DNA from: a virus
Taxonomy: Duplodnaviria; Caudoviricetes
Length of the DNA: 50,321 nucleotides
IMG/VR virus record: IMGVR_UViG_3300030104_006563
Coordinates: 1 to 50,321 of that record
Strand: one strand, 5' to 3'
In this document: piece by piece, positions 20,869 through 28,539 of the stretch
Layout of the letters: each line of letters starts with the position of its first letter
Position numbering within the stretch: the stretch's first letter is position 1
Program-made: the position numbers and the translations under genes
Notes under the pieces: generated by a model
Database searches by the model: none
The model's input: only the letters and a program-made list of their open reading frames with translations
Told to the model about the DNA's origin: nothing

Positions 20869-22162
20869 ATCAGCTTGTAAACATTGTGGATCACAAAACA
20901 CTAAAAAAAATGGATATGGGAAAAATGGTAGAAAGGGACAGAGATACTTTTGCAAAGATTGTTCCAGAGAACAGATTGATCTCTCACCAAATATTGTATC
21001 TAATGCCAAGAAGAAGGATCAGTCTCTTATTGAGGAAGATGGCAATCAGGCTACTTTTATTAGTCCTTCTTCTAAAGAAGTTCCTGATCTTGATTCTCTC
21101 CTTAAACTATTTAAAGTAGATAGAAAAATTTGGAAAGTTGATAGGTGGAGGATCAATACATGGTCTACACCCATGAAGCAAAAAAATCCCAAGACAGGAA
21201 AAGTTAAGGTTATAAAAGTCCCTAACTATCAGGCAAAAGCAAATCTTATAAGAAAGCAACCTATTAAGCATGATTGGTTTCCTATAGTAGGTGCTAAGGT
21301 CAAGATGAAGAAAAAGATTTTGGCTAAAAGAAAGTCTGGAGATTTTAAAAAGGCGATCATAGTTCCAGATATGCAAGTTGGATATAAGAGAGATTTTAAT
21401 TCAAACACTATTGATCCATTGCACGATATAAGGGCATGTAATATTGTTGCTCAAGCAATAAAAGATATAGAGCCTGATGTTGTTGTAATGCTTGGAGACA
21501 ATCTGGATTTACCTGATTGGAGTACAAAGTTTCTACATAGTCCAGAGTTCTCTTATACAACACAGCCATCATTGGATTATCTTGCATCTTTTATAGCAGA
21601 TACAAGACCATATGTTAAAGATGAATATGTATATATTGCTGGGAATCACGAGAAAAGAATGAATGATAATATTATAACCAATTCTCTTCATGCTTATGGT
21701 GTTAGGGAAGCTAATAAGCCAGAATCTAAACCTGTAATGTCTGTGCCATTCTTATTAGGATTAGATGAAATGGGGGTGCAGTACATGGACAATTATCCAA
21801 GAGGTGAATATTGGATTAATGATAATCTACTATGTGAGCATGGATATAAGGTTGGTGCAAAGAGTGGTCAGAGTGTAATGAAATATTTAGAGGATGCTAG
21901 GTGTAGTGTAATTTTTGGGCATACTCATAGAATGGAGTCTGCTAATAAAACAGTATATAGTAGGCATAAGACAGTTGTTTATGGTGCTTACAATATGGGA
22001 ACACTTGCTAGGACAGATGGTTCAGTTCCTTCTAATGCAAGGAGAGAGAATTGGCAACAAGGTTTTGGAGTGGTAACATATGATGATGTCCATTTCCATG
22101 TAAATCAAATTAATATATTTGATGGTGTTGCAATGTTTAACAACAAGGTTTATAAAGGTTAA
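20858..22162 (+). CDS. Calcineurin-like metallophosphoesterase with N-terminal Zn ribbon
   Basis: PDMQ, GDNLD, GNHE, HG and GHTH motifs; CKHC..KNG..QRYFCKDC at the N-terminus. Confidence 0.85.
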   Translation: MVNKSACKHCGSQNTKKNGYGKNGRKGQRYFCKDCSREQIDLSPNIVSNAKKKDQSLIEEDGNQATFISPSSKEVPDLDSLLKLFKVDRKIWKVDRWRINTWSTPMKQKNPKTGKVKVIKVPNYQAKANLIRKQPIKHDWFPIVGAKVKMKKKILAKRKSGDFKKAIIVPDMQVGYKRDFNSNTIDPLHDIRACNIVAQAIKDIEPDVVVMLGDNLDLPDWSTKFLHSPEFSYTTQPSLDYLASFIADTRPYVKDEYVYIAGNHEKRMNDNIITNSLHAYGVREANKPESKPVMSVPFLLGLDEMGVQYMDNYPRGEYWINDNLLCEHGYKVGAKSGQSVMKYLEDARCSVIFGHTHRMESANKTVYSRHKTVVYGAYNMGTLARTDGSVPSNARRENWQQGFGVVTYDDVHFHVNQINIFDGVAMFNNKVYKG

Positions 22163-22182
22163 TAAAATATAATAAGGAGTTA

Positions 22183-22470
22183 TTGATGTTTTTGAAGAAG
22201 TTAATAAAAAAGGGTGTTCAAACTGCTGGTAATGTTGGAATAGCAAAAAATGTTACAGGTCTATTTATAGGTGAAGATTCTAAGAAAAGACAGATGGGTC
22301 TTATTGCTGTAGCTGTTGCATCTGTTGGATACATGGTGGATTATATTGATTACCCAACATATGAAAACATATTAGGCTTACTTGCAATGTGGCTGGGAGT
22401 AGCTTTCAGCTCAAAGCTGACAAAGTTAGGAACTGCTATGAAGGGATTGAAATCAAAGAAAGGGATGTAG
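22183..22470 (+). CDS. Putative holin (2 TM segments, basic C-terminus)
   Basis: AAGGAG Shine-Dalgarno; two hydrophobic helices. Confidence 0.55.
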   Translation: MMFLKKLIKKGVQTAGNVGIAKNVTGLFIGEDSKKRQMGLIAVAVASVGYMVDYIDYPTYENILGLLAMWLGVAFSSKLTKLGTAMKGLKSKKGM

Positions 22471-22629
22471 ATAAATATCCTCTTGTTGATTGTCCTATTA
22501 ATGTGGATGGAGAAGAAACTTTGCTATTAATAATGAAAATTAATGAGAAGGTTTGGGAACTGAGTCGTAGCTTCTACAATATATATTGGGGAACTGCATA
22601 ATGAAATAAATGTAATAAAGGGTAATGAT

Positions 22630-22821
22630 ATGACAAATTGGGTACAGGATTTAGGTGTGGTTGGAGTCCTATCGTTTGCATTGATATTTGTACTTAAGTA
22701 TGTTACAAAAACAATGTCTTGGGAAATCAAAAACATTCACGATATGATTGTTAAGCTAATTGATAAAACTAATAACTTAAAAGAGACAGTAGATAGATTG
22801 TTTAATCGGAATGGCAAATGA
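22630..22821 (+). CDS. BhlA/UviB-like small membrane protein (holin-like)
   Basis: One TM (LGVVGVLSFALIFVL) followed by a coiled coil. Confidence 0.5.
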   Translation: MTNWVQDLGVVGVLSFALIFVLKYVTKTMSWEIKNIHDMIVKLIDKTNNLKETVDRLFNRNGK

Positions 22822-22961
22822 TTAAGACTATTGTTTTATGTTTATTTATTAACACAGGCGAACTTAGTCCCTACTACCTACCTGTTTCTCGTATTGAGTT
22901 TAGGAGAAAAAGAGGCAAAGGCAATAAAGGTAGAAAAAGAGGTGGATCAGGGCTTAGGTAA
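22818..22961 (+). CDS. 47-aa peptide with hydrophobic N-terminus and Arg/Lys/Gly-rich tail (not in ORF track)
   Basis: ATGA overlap with the previous stop; MIKTIVLCLFINTGELSPYYLPVSRIEFRRKRGKGNKGRKRGGSGLR. Confidence 0.55.
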   Translation: MIKTIVLCLFINTGELSPYYLPVSRIEFRRKRGKGNKGRKRGGSGLR

Positions 22962-23050
22962 AATAGCAAAATTTCAAATAAATGTCTATTAAATGTCTAC
23001 CTTATATAAAATTAAATTGATTTTATAGAGGAGAAAAGGGCAAATAGTCT

Positions 23051-23098
23051 TCGGGCTCATAACCCGAAGGTCGGAGGTTCAAATCCTTCTCCCGCTAC
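23051..23098 (+). other. attP core = 3' portion of an initiator tRNA-Met(CAT) gene
   Basis: TCGGGCTCATAACCCGAAGGTCGGAGGTTCAAATCCTTCTCCCGCTAC: anticodon arm with GGG/CCC pairs and T arm; no 5' acceptor strand or D arm; adjacent to the integrase. Confidence 0.9.
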
Positions 23099-23106
23099 TT
23101 TGAAAG

Positions 23107-23155
23107 AAACCCTCAGTAAAATGACTTTATCGTCAAGAATGCTGGGGGTTTTTTT
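23107..23155 (+). terminator. Terminator-like hairpin after the tRNA fragment
   Basis: AAACCCTCAG...CTGGGGGTTT followed by a T run. Confidence 0.65.
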
Positions 23156-23332
23156 ATTCCGACAAGGCTGATTCATACTTAGGTTTAGTATGGATTAGTA
23201 TGGTTTAGTAGGGATTAACATGTCTACTAAATGTCTACTAGGGTAGACATAAAAACTCGCAGACGATTTCAAAATGTCTACTAAATGTCTACTCACGAAG
23301 AGAAGAAAACTCGCAGACGATTACATTCTCCT

Positions 23333-24307
23333 CTAGAGCTTATCTATGTATTTCTTTAACAGCTTTACATCTGGATCAGTATAAGCTTGAGTTTGTTTAT
23401 CCTTTGTGTGACCCAAAGCTTTTTGCACAAATCTATGATCAGCACCAGCTTCAAGTACATGGGTTGCCATACTATGCCTTAAGCTATGTAAATCTGCTTT
23501 CATATTGTGATTGTTTTTAAGAAGTCTTTGAAATCTCTTTCTTGATACTGATCTCAAATTTACTTTTGGACATGCATTAAAAAGTCTACCATCATTTTTA
23601 TATTTTATTAAAACTTTATGCATTGGTATAGCTACAGCATTTCCTGTCTTTTGCATTCTAGATAAAACAATTGTATTATTTTTAACATCTTCTTCTTTTA
23701 ACTCTCCAGCATCTCCAGCCCTTAAGCCTGTATAATATAAAATATTCCAATACACTTTATCTCTAGGTTGAGCTTTTTCTATACAATCTTTAATTATTTT
23801 AGCTGGTAAGGATTTTCTGGGATGTGTAATTCTGTTTTTGGGTGATTCAACAGATTCTGCTGGGCTTTCAAATATATATTTATTTTGAACAGCATAGTTT
23901 AGAAAGCTTTTGATTGCAACAAATTGATCACGAATTGTTTTAGTAGCTAAACCAACCTCCATTCTTTCTAAAAGAAATTGATTTAACATTTTAGGAGTGA
24001 TTTTTTGAACCATGTATAATCCATATGTATATATAAATGGATCAAAGTATTGCCTAAGCCTTTTAGCCCATGATTCTTTTTTAGTTGAGATTATTAGCTT
24101 GTCGTACTCTCGGTAGAGTTCTTGAATTGTTATTTCACTTTCACCTAGCTTATACTTTGTTCTTAAAAGCTCTTCATCCCACTTAGTCTGGATTGCACTA
24201 GCTAGTTTTTTATTTGGAGTCCCTGTTGACTTTTTTATCCTTTCAACACCTGTACCACTTGAGTAGTACCAATTCTTTTTCCCCTTTATTTTGAATAGTG
24301 TGCTGAT
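23333..24307 (-). CDS. int: Tyrosine integrase (324 aa if started at ATC 24307; the ORF track gives only 23333-24013)
   Basis: TGLRAGD, HSLRH, LGH and TQAY catalytic motifs; the frame stays open upstream and encodes an arm-binding-like N-terminus (WYY..KSTGTPNKKLA). Confidence 0.92.
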   Translation of the reverse strand: MSTLFKIKGKKNWYYSSGTGVERIKKSTGTPNKKLASAIQTKWDEELLRTKYKLGESEITIQELYREYDKLIISTKKESWAKRLRQYFDPFIYTYGLYMVQKITPKMLNQFLLERMEVGLATKTIRDQFVAIKSFLNYAVQNKYIFESPAESVESPKNRITHPRKSLPAKIIKDCIEKAQPRDKVYWNILYYTGLRAGDAGELKEEDVKNNTIVLSRMQKTGNAVAIPMHKVLIKYKNDGRLFNACPKVNLRSVSRKRFQRLLKNNHNMKADLHSLRHSMATHVLEAGADHRFVQKALGHTKDKQTQAYTDPDVKLLKKYIDKL

Positions 24308-24330
24308 AGGTCACCTCTTGAGCCCTATTT

Positions 24331-25191
24331 TTAATTTAATACCTTATTTTCAAAGGCTCTATACCATTTGTTAGACTTCTCCCAAGCCTCTTCTGTTGAT
24401 AATTTAGCATCTACTTTTTTCAATATACCTTCTTTATCTAAAGGCAAAGTAATAGTCTCTACATAAGATTCTTTGTCATCCTTATCAGGATTTAGCTTTG
24501 ATGCTTGAAGTTTCCAAGTGTTTCGTTTTTCTTGCTCTAAAGGTGTTTGAGTTGCTATTATTGGAAATCTCCAGACATCGTCAGGGTGAACTAAATGAGA
24601 CCATTGAGCATTTTTAATGATATCAAAAGCATTTTTATCAAAAAGGTCTGCATATAATTGAGTGCAAGAAACATATTCTTGTGTCTCCATATTTACAATA
24701 AACTGCATTCTAGAGTTATCTAGATTCATGTTAGGCTTAGACACCATCATTGACTCTAAATCTTTAATTTTTATATCTTTACTTTTAAGAGCCTGATCTT
24801 TATTCTTTATCTGCTCAAGTAAAAGTTTGTTAGTTGAAGTTAAGGTGTCTATTAAATTTCTTGTAGTATTATTACTTTCGTTCATAAATGGCTCATCCTC
24901 TAAGTCTTTATCTTCGATTGGGATTGGTGCATCAAGGTCACCCTTAATAAAAATACTATCGCTTGAATCCCAATCAATAGAATATCCAAGTGCTTTAGCT
25001 ACAGCAAACAGGTTAGAGTTTCTTACTTTCTTAACCTTTCCTGTTCGCCATCTATAGACCATGCCTCTAGTAATATTAACCATTTCACCAATCTCTGCAT
25101 CCGAGTACACAGACTCGGACAAAAGCTTAGATAGATCAGATAAGTAACTGTCTTTCATGGCAGATAAATTAGAATCAAATTGGTTATGCAT
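24331..25191 (-). CDS. Putative immunity repressor: XRE-type HTH, coiled coil, PAS-like domain
   Basis: DAEIGEMVNITRGMVYRWRTG HTH; WSHLVHPDD PAS-like motif; transcribed divergently from the early operon and upstream of int. Confidence 0.75.
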   Translation of the reverse strand: MHNQFDSNLSAMKDSYLSDLSKLLSESVYSDAEIGEMVNITRGMVYRWRTGKVKKVRNSNLFAVAKALGYSIDWDSSDSIFIKGDLDAPIPIEDKDLEDEPFMNESNNTTRNLIDTLTSTNKLLLEQIKNKDQALKSKDIKIKDLESMMVSKPNMNLDNSRMQFIVNMETQEYVSCTQLYADLFDKNAFDIIKNAQWSHLVHPDDVWRFPIIATQTPLEQEKRNTWKLQASKLNPDKDDKESYVETITLPLDKEGILKKVDAKLSTEEAWEKSNKWYRAFENKVLN

Positions 25192-25213
25192 AGCTGTATA
25201 ATATAGTAGTTTA

Positions 25214-25268
25214 TTTGTACATTAAAAAAGAAATAGTTTGTACATTAATTGTATATTATTGTAGATTT
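25214..25268. promoter_or_regulatory. Candidate operators in the divergent switch region
   Basis: TTTGTACATTAA at 25214 and 25237; variants TTGTATATT (25249) and TTGTAGATT (25259). Confidence 0.55.
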
Positions 25269-25322
25269 GAATTGATGATAATAGTGTTTTTTTAGGACTT
25301 TTAATTAAATAACGAGGCAATT

Positions 25323-25520
25323 ATGAAGGTGAATATAGCAGAAAAAAAGACTTTAAAGTTCAATATAGGCGATAAAGTTAAGATTGAAAATTCAAGTGTT
25401 ATATTCTCAATAAATGAAGTACAAAGAAATACATTAATACTGTCCCCACTAATCGATGGTGCTCTTAATTCATCGATGGTATTGACTGCTCCACTATCTA
25501 AATGTACAGCAATAGACTGA
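25323..25520 (+). CDS. Hypothetical protein, first gene of the early operon
   Basis: GAGG Shine-Dalgarno; small beta-barrel-like FNIGDKVKI pattern. Confidence 0.6.
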   Translation: MKVNIAEKKTLKFNIGDKVKIENSSVIFSINEVQRNTLILSPLIDGALNSSMVLTAPLSKCTAID

Positions 25521-25711
25521 TGGAAAAGTTTTTAACTCCAAAACAAATATGTGATTCGTTAAATGTGAGCCCTGAGCTTGTATATAATGAAATCAAGTTA
25601 GGTCATCTACCAGCGATAAAAATTGGTAAACAATATAGAGTATCGCAAAAGAATTTCAGAGAATATCTGGATAGAATGAAAGTGCAATCTATAGGGAGAA
25701 GGTGTGCTTAA
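25520..25711 (+). CDS. xis: Excisionase-like MerR-type HTH protein
   Basis: FLTPKQICDSLNVS..VY..IK.G.LPAIKIGKQYRV. Confidence 0.85.
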   Translation: MEKFLTPKQICDSLNVSPELVYNEIKLGHLPAIKIGKQYRVSQKNFREYLDRMKVQSIGRRCA

Positions 25712-26156
25712 GATAGTAACAGACACATACCAGCTTCATAAGAAGGTTCACCCCATTCCATTAAAAGAGAGCTTTGCAACAGCACAAAACATGTTGCTCT
25801 GGCTCTTACAAAATCAAAGTAATAGATCAGCAAGGACTATTGGTTTGGCTAGTAATCAGCTTGGACTTAAGGGAAGAGTTATTTCAGTTAGAAGGGGTCA
25901 TAAATGGCATATGATGATCAATCCAAGTATTTACAGCACATCAGAAGAAACAGCAGAGGGTATGGAAGGATGTCTATCTGTTGATGGTCTATATAAGATT
26001 GAGAGATCAACCTCTGTAACTGTTGAGTATTACGACATAAAGCAGAAGGCTTTGATGAGAACAAGACTAGATGAGCTAGATGCTAGAGTCGTACAGCATG
26101 AGATAGATCATCTTGATGGCAAATTAATAAGTGATAATTATAGAGGGGTAAAATAG
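25704..26156 (+). CDS. def: Peptide deformylase
   Basis: GLASNQLG, EGCLS and QHEIDHLDG motifs. Confidence 0.95.
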   Translation: MLKIVTDTYQLHKKVHPIPLKESFATAQNMLLWLLQNQSNRSARTIGLASNQLGLKGRVISVRRGHKWHMMINPSIYSTSEETAEGMEGCLSVDGLYKIERSTSVTVEYYDIKQKALMRTRLDELDARVVQHEIDHLDGKLISDNYRGVK

Positions 26157-26241
26157 AAGATGTTGTGCCTAAGTGTATACATAAAATCATACTTTTATTT
26201 TCCCCTACCCCTCTATATAATAAAATAGAAAGGAAATCTTC

Positions 26242-27180
26242 ATGGAATCAATAACAACGAAAAACATGTCAAAAAGGGAATGGCTAACTAATCGCCAGAA
26301 GGGTATTGGTGGTAGTGATGTAGCTAAAATTTTAGGACTATCAAAATATGGAACACCTTTATCTGTGTATGAGGAGAAGATATCGAGTGAGCCTATTGAA
26401 ATTCCTGATAATGATGCAATGCGATTTGGTAGAGAAGCTGAATCTATTGTTGCAAAGTTTTATACAGAGGATACAGGTGAGAAGCTCAGGATAGATAATA
26501 AAATGAGACTGCATCCTGAATATCCTTTTTTAATGGCTAATGTTGACAGGACTATTGTGGCTAACAGCGAACATGGTGCTGGAATATTTGAAGCTAAAAC
26601 AACATCAGGAATGTATGCAAAGCATTGGGAAAGAGATATCCCAGCAGAATACTACTTGCAGTTGCAACATTATTTAAATGTTACAGGTTATAGCTGGGGA
26701 GTGGTTGCTATGCTGATTGATAAAAAGTTTGAGTACAGGAAATTTGATAGGAACGATGAGTTGATATCTAAAATGAATCAAAGGCTTTCTGATTTTTGGA
26801 TAAACCATGTTGAGGTCAATGTTCCACCAGCACCTATTAATGAAGCTGATGTATTGAAGTTATATCCATCACCTGTAGAGGGCAAGGTGTGTATTGCTGA
26901 TGATAACATAAAGCTTACCTATGATGCTCTTTATTCGAATAAAAGGAAGGTAAGTGAGCTTAATAAAAGAATTAAGGAGCTTGAGGGAGAAATCAAGCTA
27001 AGTATGGAAGACAGCGAGGTGCTTGAGCATAATGGTACTGTTATTGCTACATGGAAGCAGTCCAAGTCTTCAAAGATGTTTGACAAAAAGAGATTTAAGC
27101 TGGAACATCAAGAGCTTTATGATGAGTTTGAGGTTGAGTCAAGTGGTAGTCGCAGATTCTTAGTTAAGGAGGCATCGTAA
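26242..27180 (+). CDS. YqaJ-like (lambda Exo family) exonuclease
   Basis: WL..RQKGIGGSD, ANVDR, EAKT, YYLQLQHYL. Confidence 0.92.
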   Translation: MESITTKNMSKREWLTNRQKGIGGSDVAKILGLSKYGTPLSVYEEKISSEPIEIPDNDAMRFGREAESIVAKFYTEDTGEKLRIDNKMRLHPEYPFLMANVDRTIVANSEHGAGIFEAKTTSGMYAKHWERDIPAEYYLQLQHYLNVTGYSWGVVAMLIDKKFEYRKFDRNDELISKMNQRLSDFWINHVEVNVPPAPINEADVLKLYPSPVEGKVCIADDNIKLTYDALYSNKRKVSELNKRIKELEGEIKLSMEDSEVLEHNGTVIATWKQSKSSKMFDKKRFKLEHQELYDEFEVESSGSRRFLVKEAS

Positions 27181-27659
27181 TGGGAGGTGTAAAAGAAATG
27201 GAAATTATGCTGGATGAGTCTATTGGCAAGAAAGATGATGCTGTGACTGTTGTTAGAAATGAAAATAAAGAAAAAAATAAAATGTTAAGTGATGAGTTTG
27301 GTTTAGATGCATCTCTGCACTATTACAAACTAGAAGATGGGATGTGGATAGTAACATGGGCTGGTATCTTAAAGATAGCTAATTGCTTAGACATTGATTT
27401 TCAGTACCCAGAGATTACTTTTATAGAAGGTGGTGTGTATATGTGTGGACATGCAACCATGAAGATGAAGGATGATCTTGGTGAGGAAAAAACTATTTGG
27501 TCAACAGGTGAAGCCACAACAGACAATTGTGCTTTTAGTTACAGATTAAATATGGCAGAAAAAAGGCTAAAAACAAGACTCACTTTGATGTTGGCAGACC
27601 TGTATCACGATACAAAGGGTGAGGATGAAGCTGATGATTTTAAAAGGGAGGGTAAGTAA
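27180..27659 (+). CDS. Putative single-strand annealing protein
   Basis: Follows the exonuclease; STGEA..N..MAEKR..R..GEDEADDFK pattern; family is inferred. Confidence 0.5.
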   Translation: MGGVKEMEIMLDESIGKKDDAVTVVRNENKEKNKMLSDEFGLDASLHYYKLEDGMWIVTWAGILKIANCLDIDFQYPEITFIEGGVYMCGHATMKMKDDLGEEKTIWSTGEATTDNCAFSYRLNMAEKRLKTRLTLMLADLYHDTKGEDEADDFKREGK

Positions 27660-28231
27660 TGGCAGTTAAAAAAAGTCTAATAATGGATGCAAATATAGAA
27701 AATGATGTAGAGTTTCTTTATGGCGATTTTAGGGATGCATCTTTATCCAAATATGAAACTTTTGGGTATACTATTAAGTGTAGCAGTCAGCCTGATGCTG
27801 AATATTTAAATGCAACAGGCTATCTTCACGATACAATTCAAACTTACTTTAGTAGGAACAATATTCCTCAAAAAGGTGCGAAGATAAAGTTATTAAAAGC
27901 TCAGTCTGGCAAGAAGGTAGAGTGGAAGATAAATGGGATGACTCAGAAGGAAATGTGTAGTACAGCTCCACCTGTTAAGACCCAAGCACCATTAAACACC
28001 AATGGTGCAACACCTGTTGTCAGTCAACCTCAATCTCGTGTTCAGGGTGCTGGTAGTAGTTCGCATAAAGTAAGTAAAGCTGAAGCCTCAAAGGGTCTAG
28101 AAACCATTTATAGTGTTATTTATGATAACAACTTAAGGCTACAGAGAATTGAAGAGAATCAGAATAAACTATTATCTTTATATCTTAGTGGGAACAAGGT
28201 TGTAGGCAATGATGAGGAGATGCCATTCTAA
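27659..28231 (+). CDS. Hypothetical protein, possibly SSB-like
   Basis: Acidic C-terminal tail DEEMPF; located in the recombination module. Confidence 0.45.
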   Translation: MAVKKSLIMDANIENDVEFLYGDFRDASLSKYETFGYTIKCSSQPDAEYLNATGYLHDTIQTYFSRNNIPQKGAKIKLLKAQSGKKVEWKINGMTQKEMCSTAPPVKTQAPLNTNGATPVVSQPQSRVQGAGSSSHKVSKAEASKGLETIYSVIYDNNLRLQRIEENQNKLLSLYLSGNKVVGNDEEMPF

Positions 28232-28539
28232 TGAGTTATTATAATACAAATGGTCTTTTACCTCAAGAAAAGAGGAATGCTAACAAAACTATAGGTAGGC
28301 AAGAATATAAGATTCTAAGCCTTTTTAGATCAAATACGAGTGATGGGTTTACACCAGATGAAATACTTCGTATATCAGGTCTTAAATGTCCTATAACATC
28401 CATTCGCAGAGCATTCTCCGATCTTACTAAAAAAGGGTTTCTTGAAAAGACTACTAGAATGAGAATGGGCATGTATGGAAAACCTGTACATGTATGGAAA
28501 CTCCCAACTAAAGTAAATGAAAATATGGAGCTATTTTGA
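28231..28539 (+). CDS. Winged-helix DNA-binding protein
   Basis: FTPDEI..SIRRAFSDLTKKGFLEKT..GKPVHVW. Confidence 0.65.
   Translation: MSYYNTNGLLPQEKRNANKTIGRQEYKILSLFRSNTSDGFTPDEILRISGLKCPITSIRRAFSDLTKKGFLEKTTRMRMGMYGKPVHVWKLPTKVNENMELF

Larger units (their letters stand above)
22982..23292. repeat. Putative integrase arm-binding sites, ATGTCTAC
   Basis: Copies at 22982 (variant), 22993, 23220, 23231, 23274, 23285, inverted copy at 23243; direct pairs are 11 bp apart and flank the att core on both sides. Confidence 0.8.

Noticed and set aside
20870-20970. IS1 element suggested by the InsA-like Zn ribbon
   Set aside because: It is fused in frame to a phosphoesterase; no transposase domain or terminal inverted repeats are seen.
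22389-22601. 70-aa ORF between the holin-like genes
   Set aside because: It overlaps the upstream gene and has no clear start or motif; a shorter gene may exist but I cannot support it.
23030-23100. Complete phage-encoded tRNA-Met
   Set aside because: The 5' acceptor strand and D arm are missing; only the 3' part is present, which fits an attP core.
23180-23325. CRISPR-like mini-array
   Set aside because: Repeats are only 8-17 bp, irregularly spaced, next to the integrase, and there are no cas genes; they are better explained as att-arm sites.
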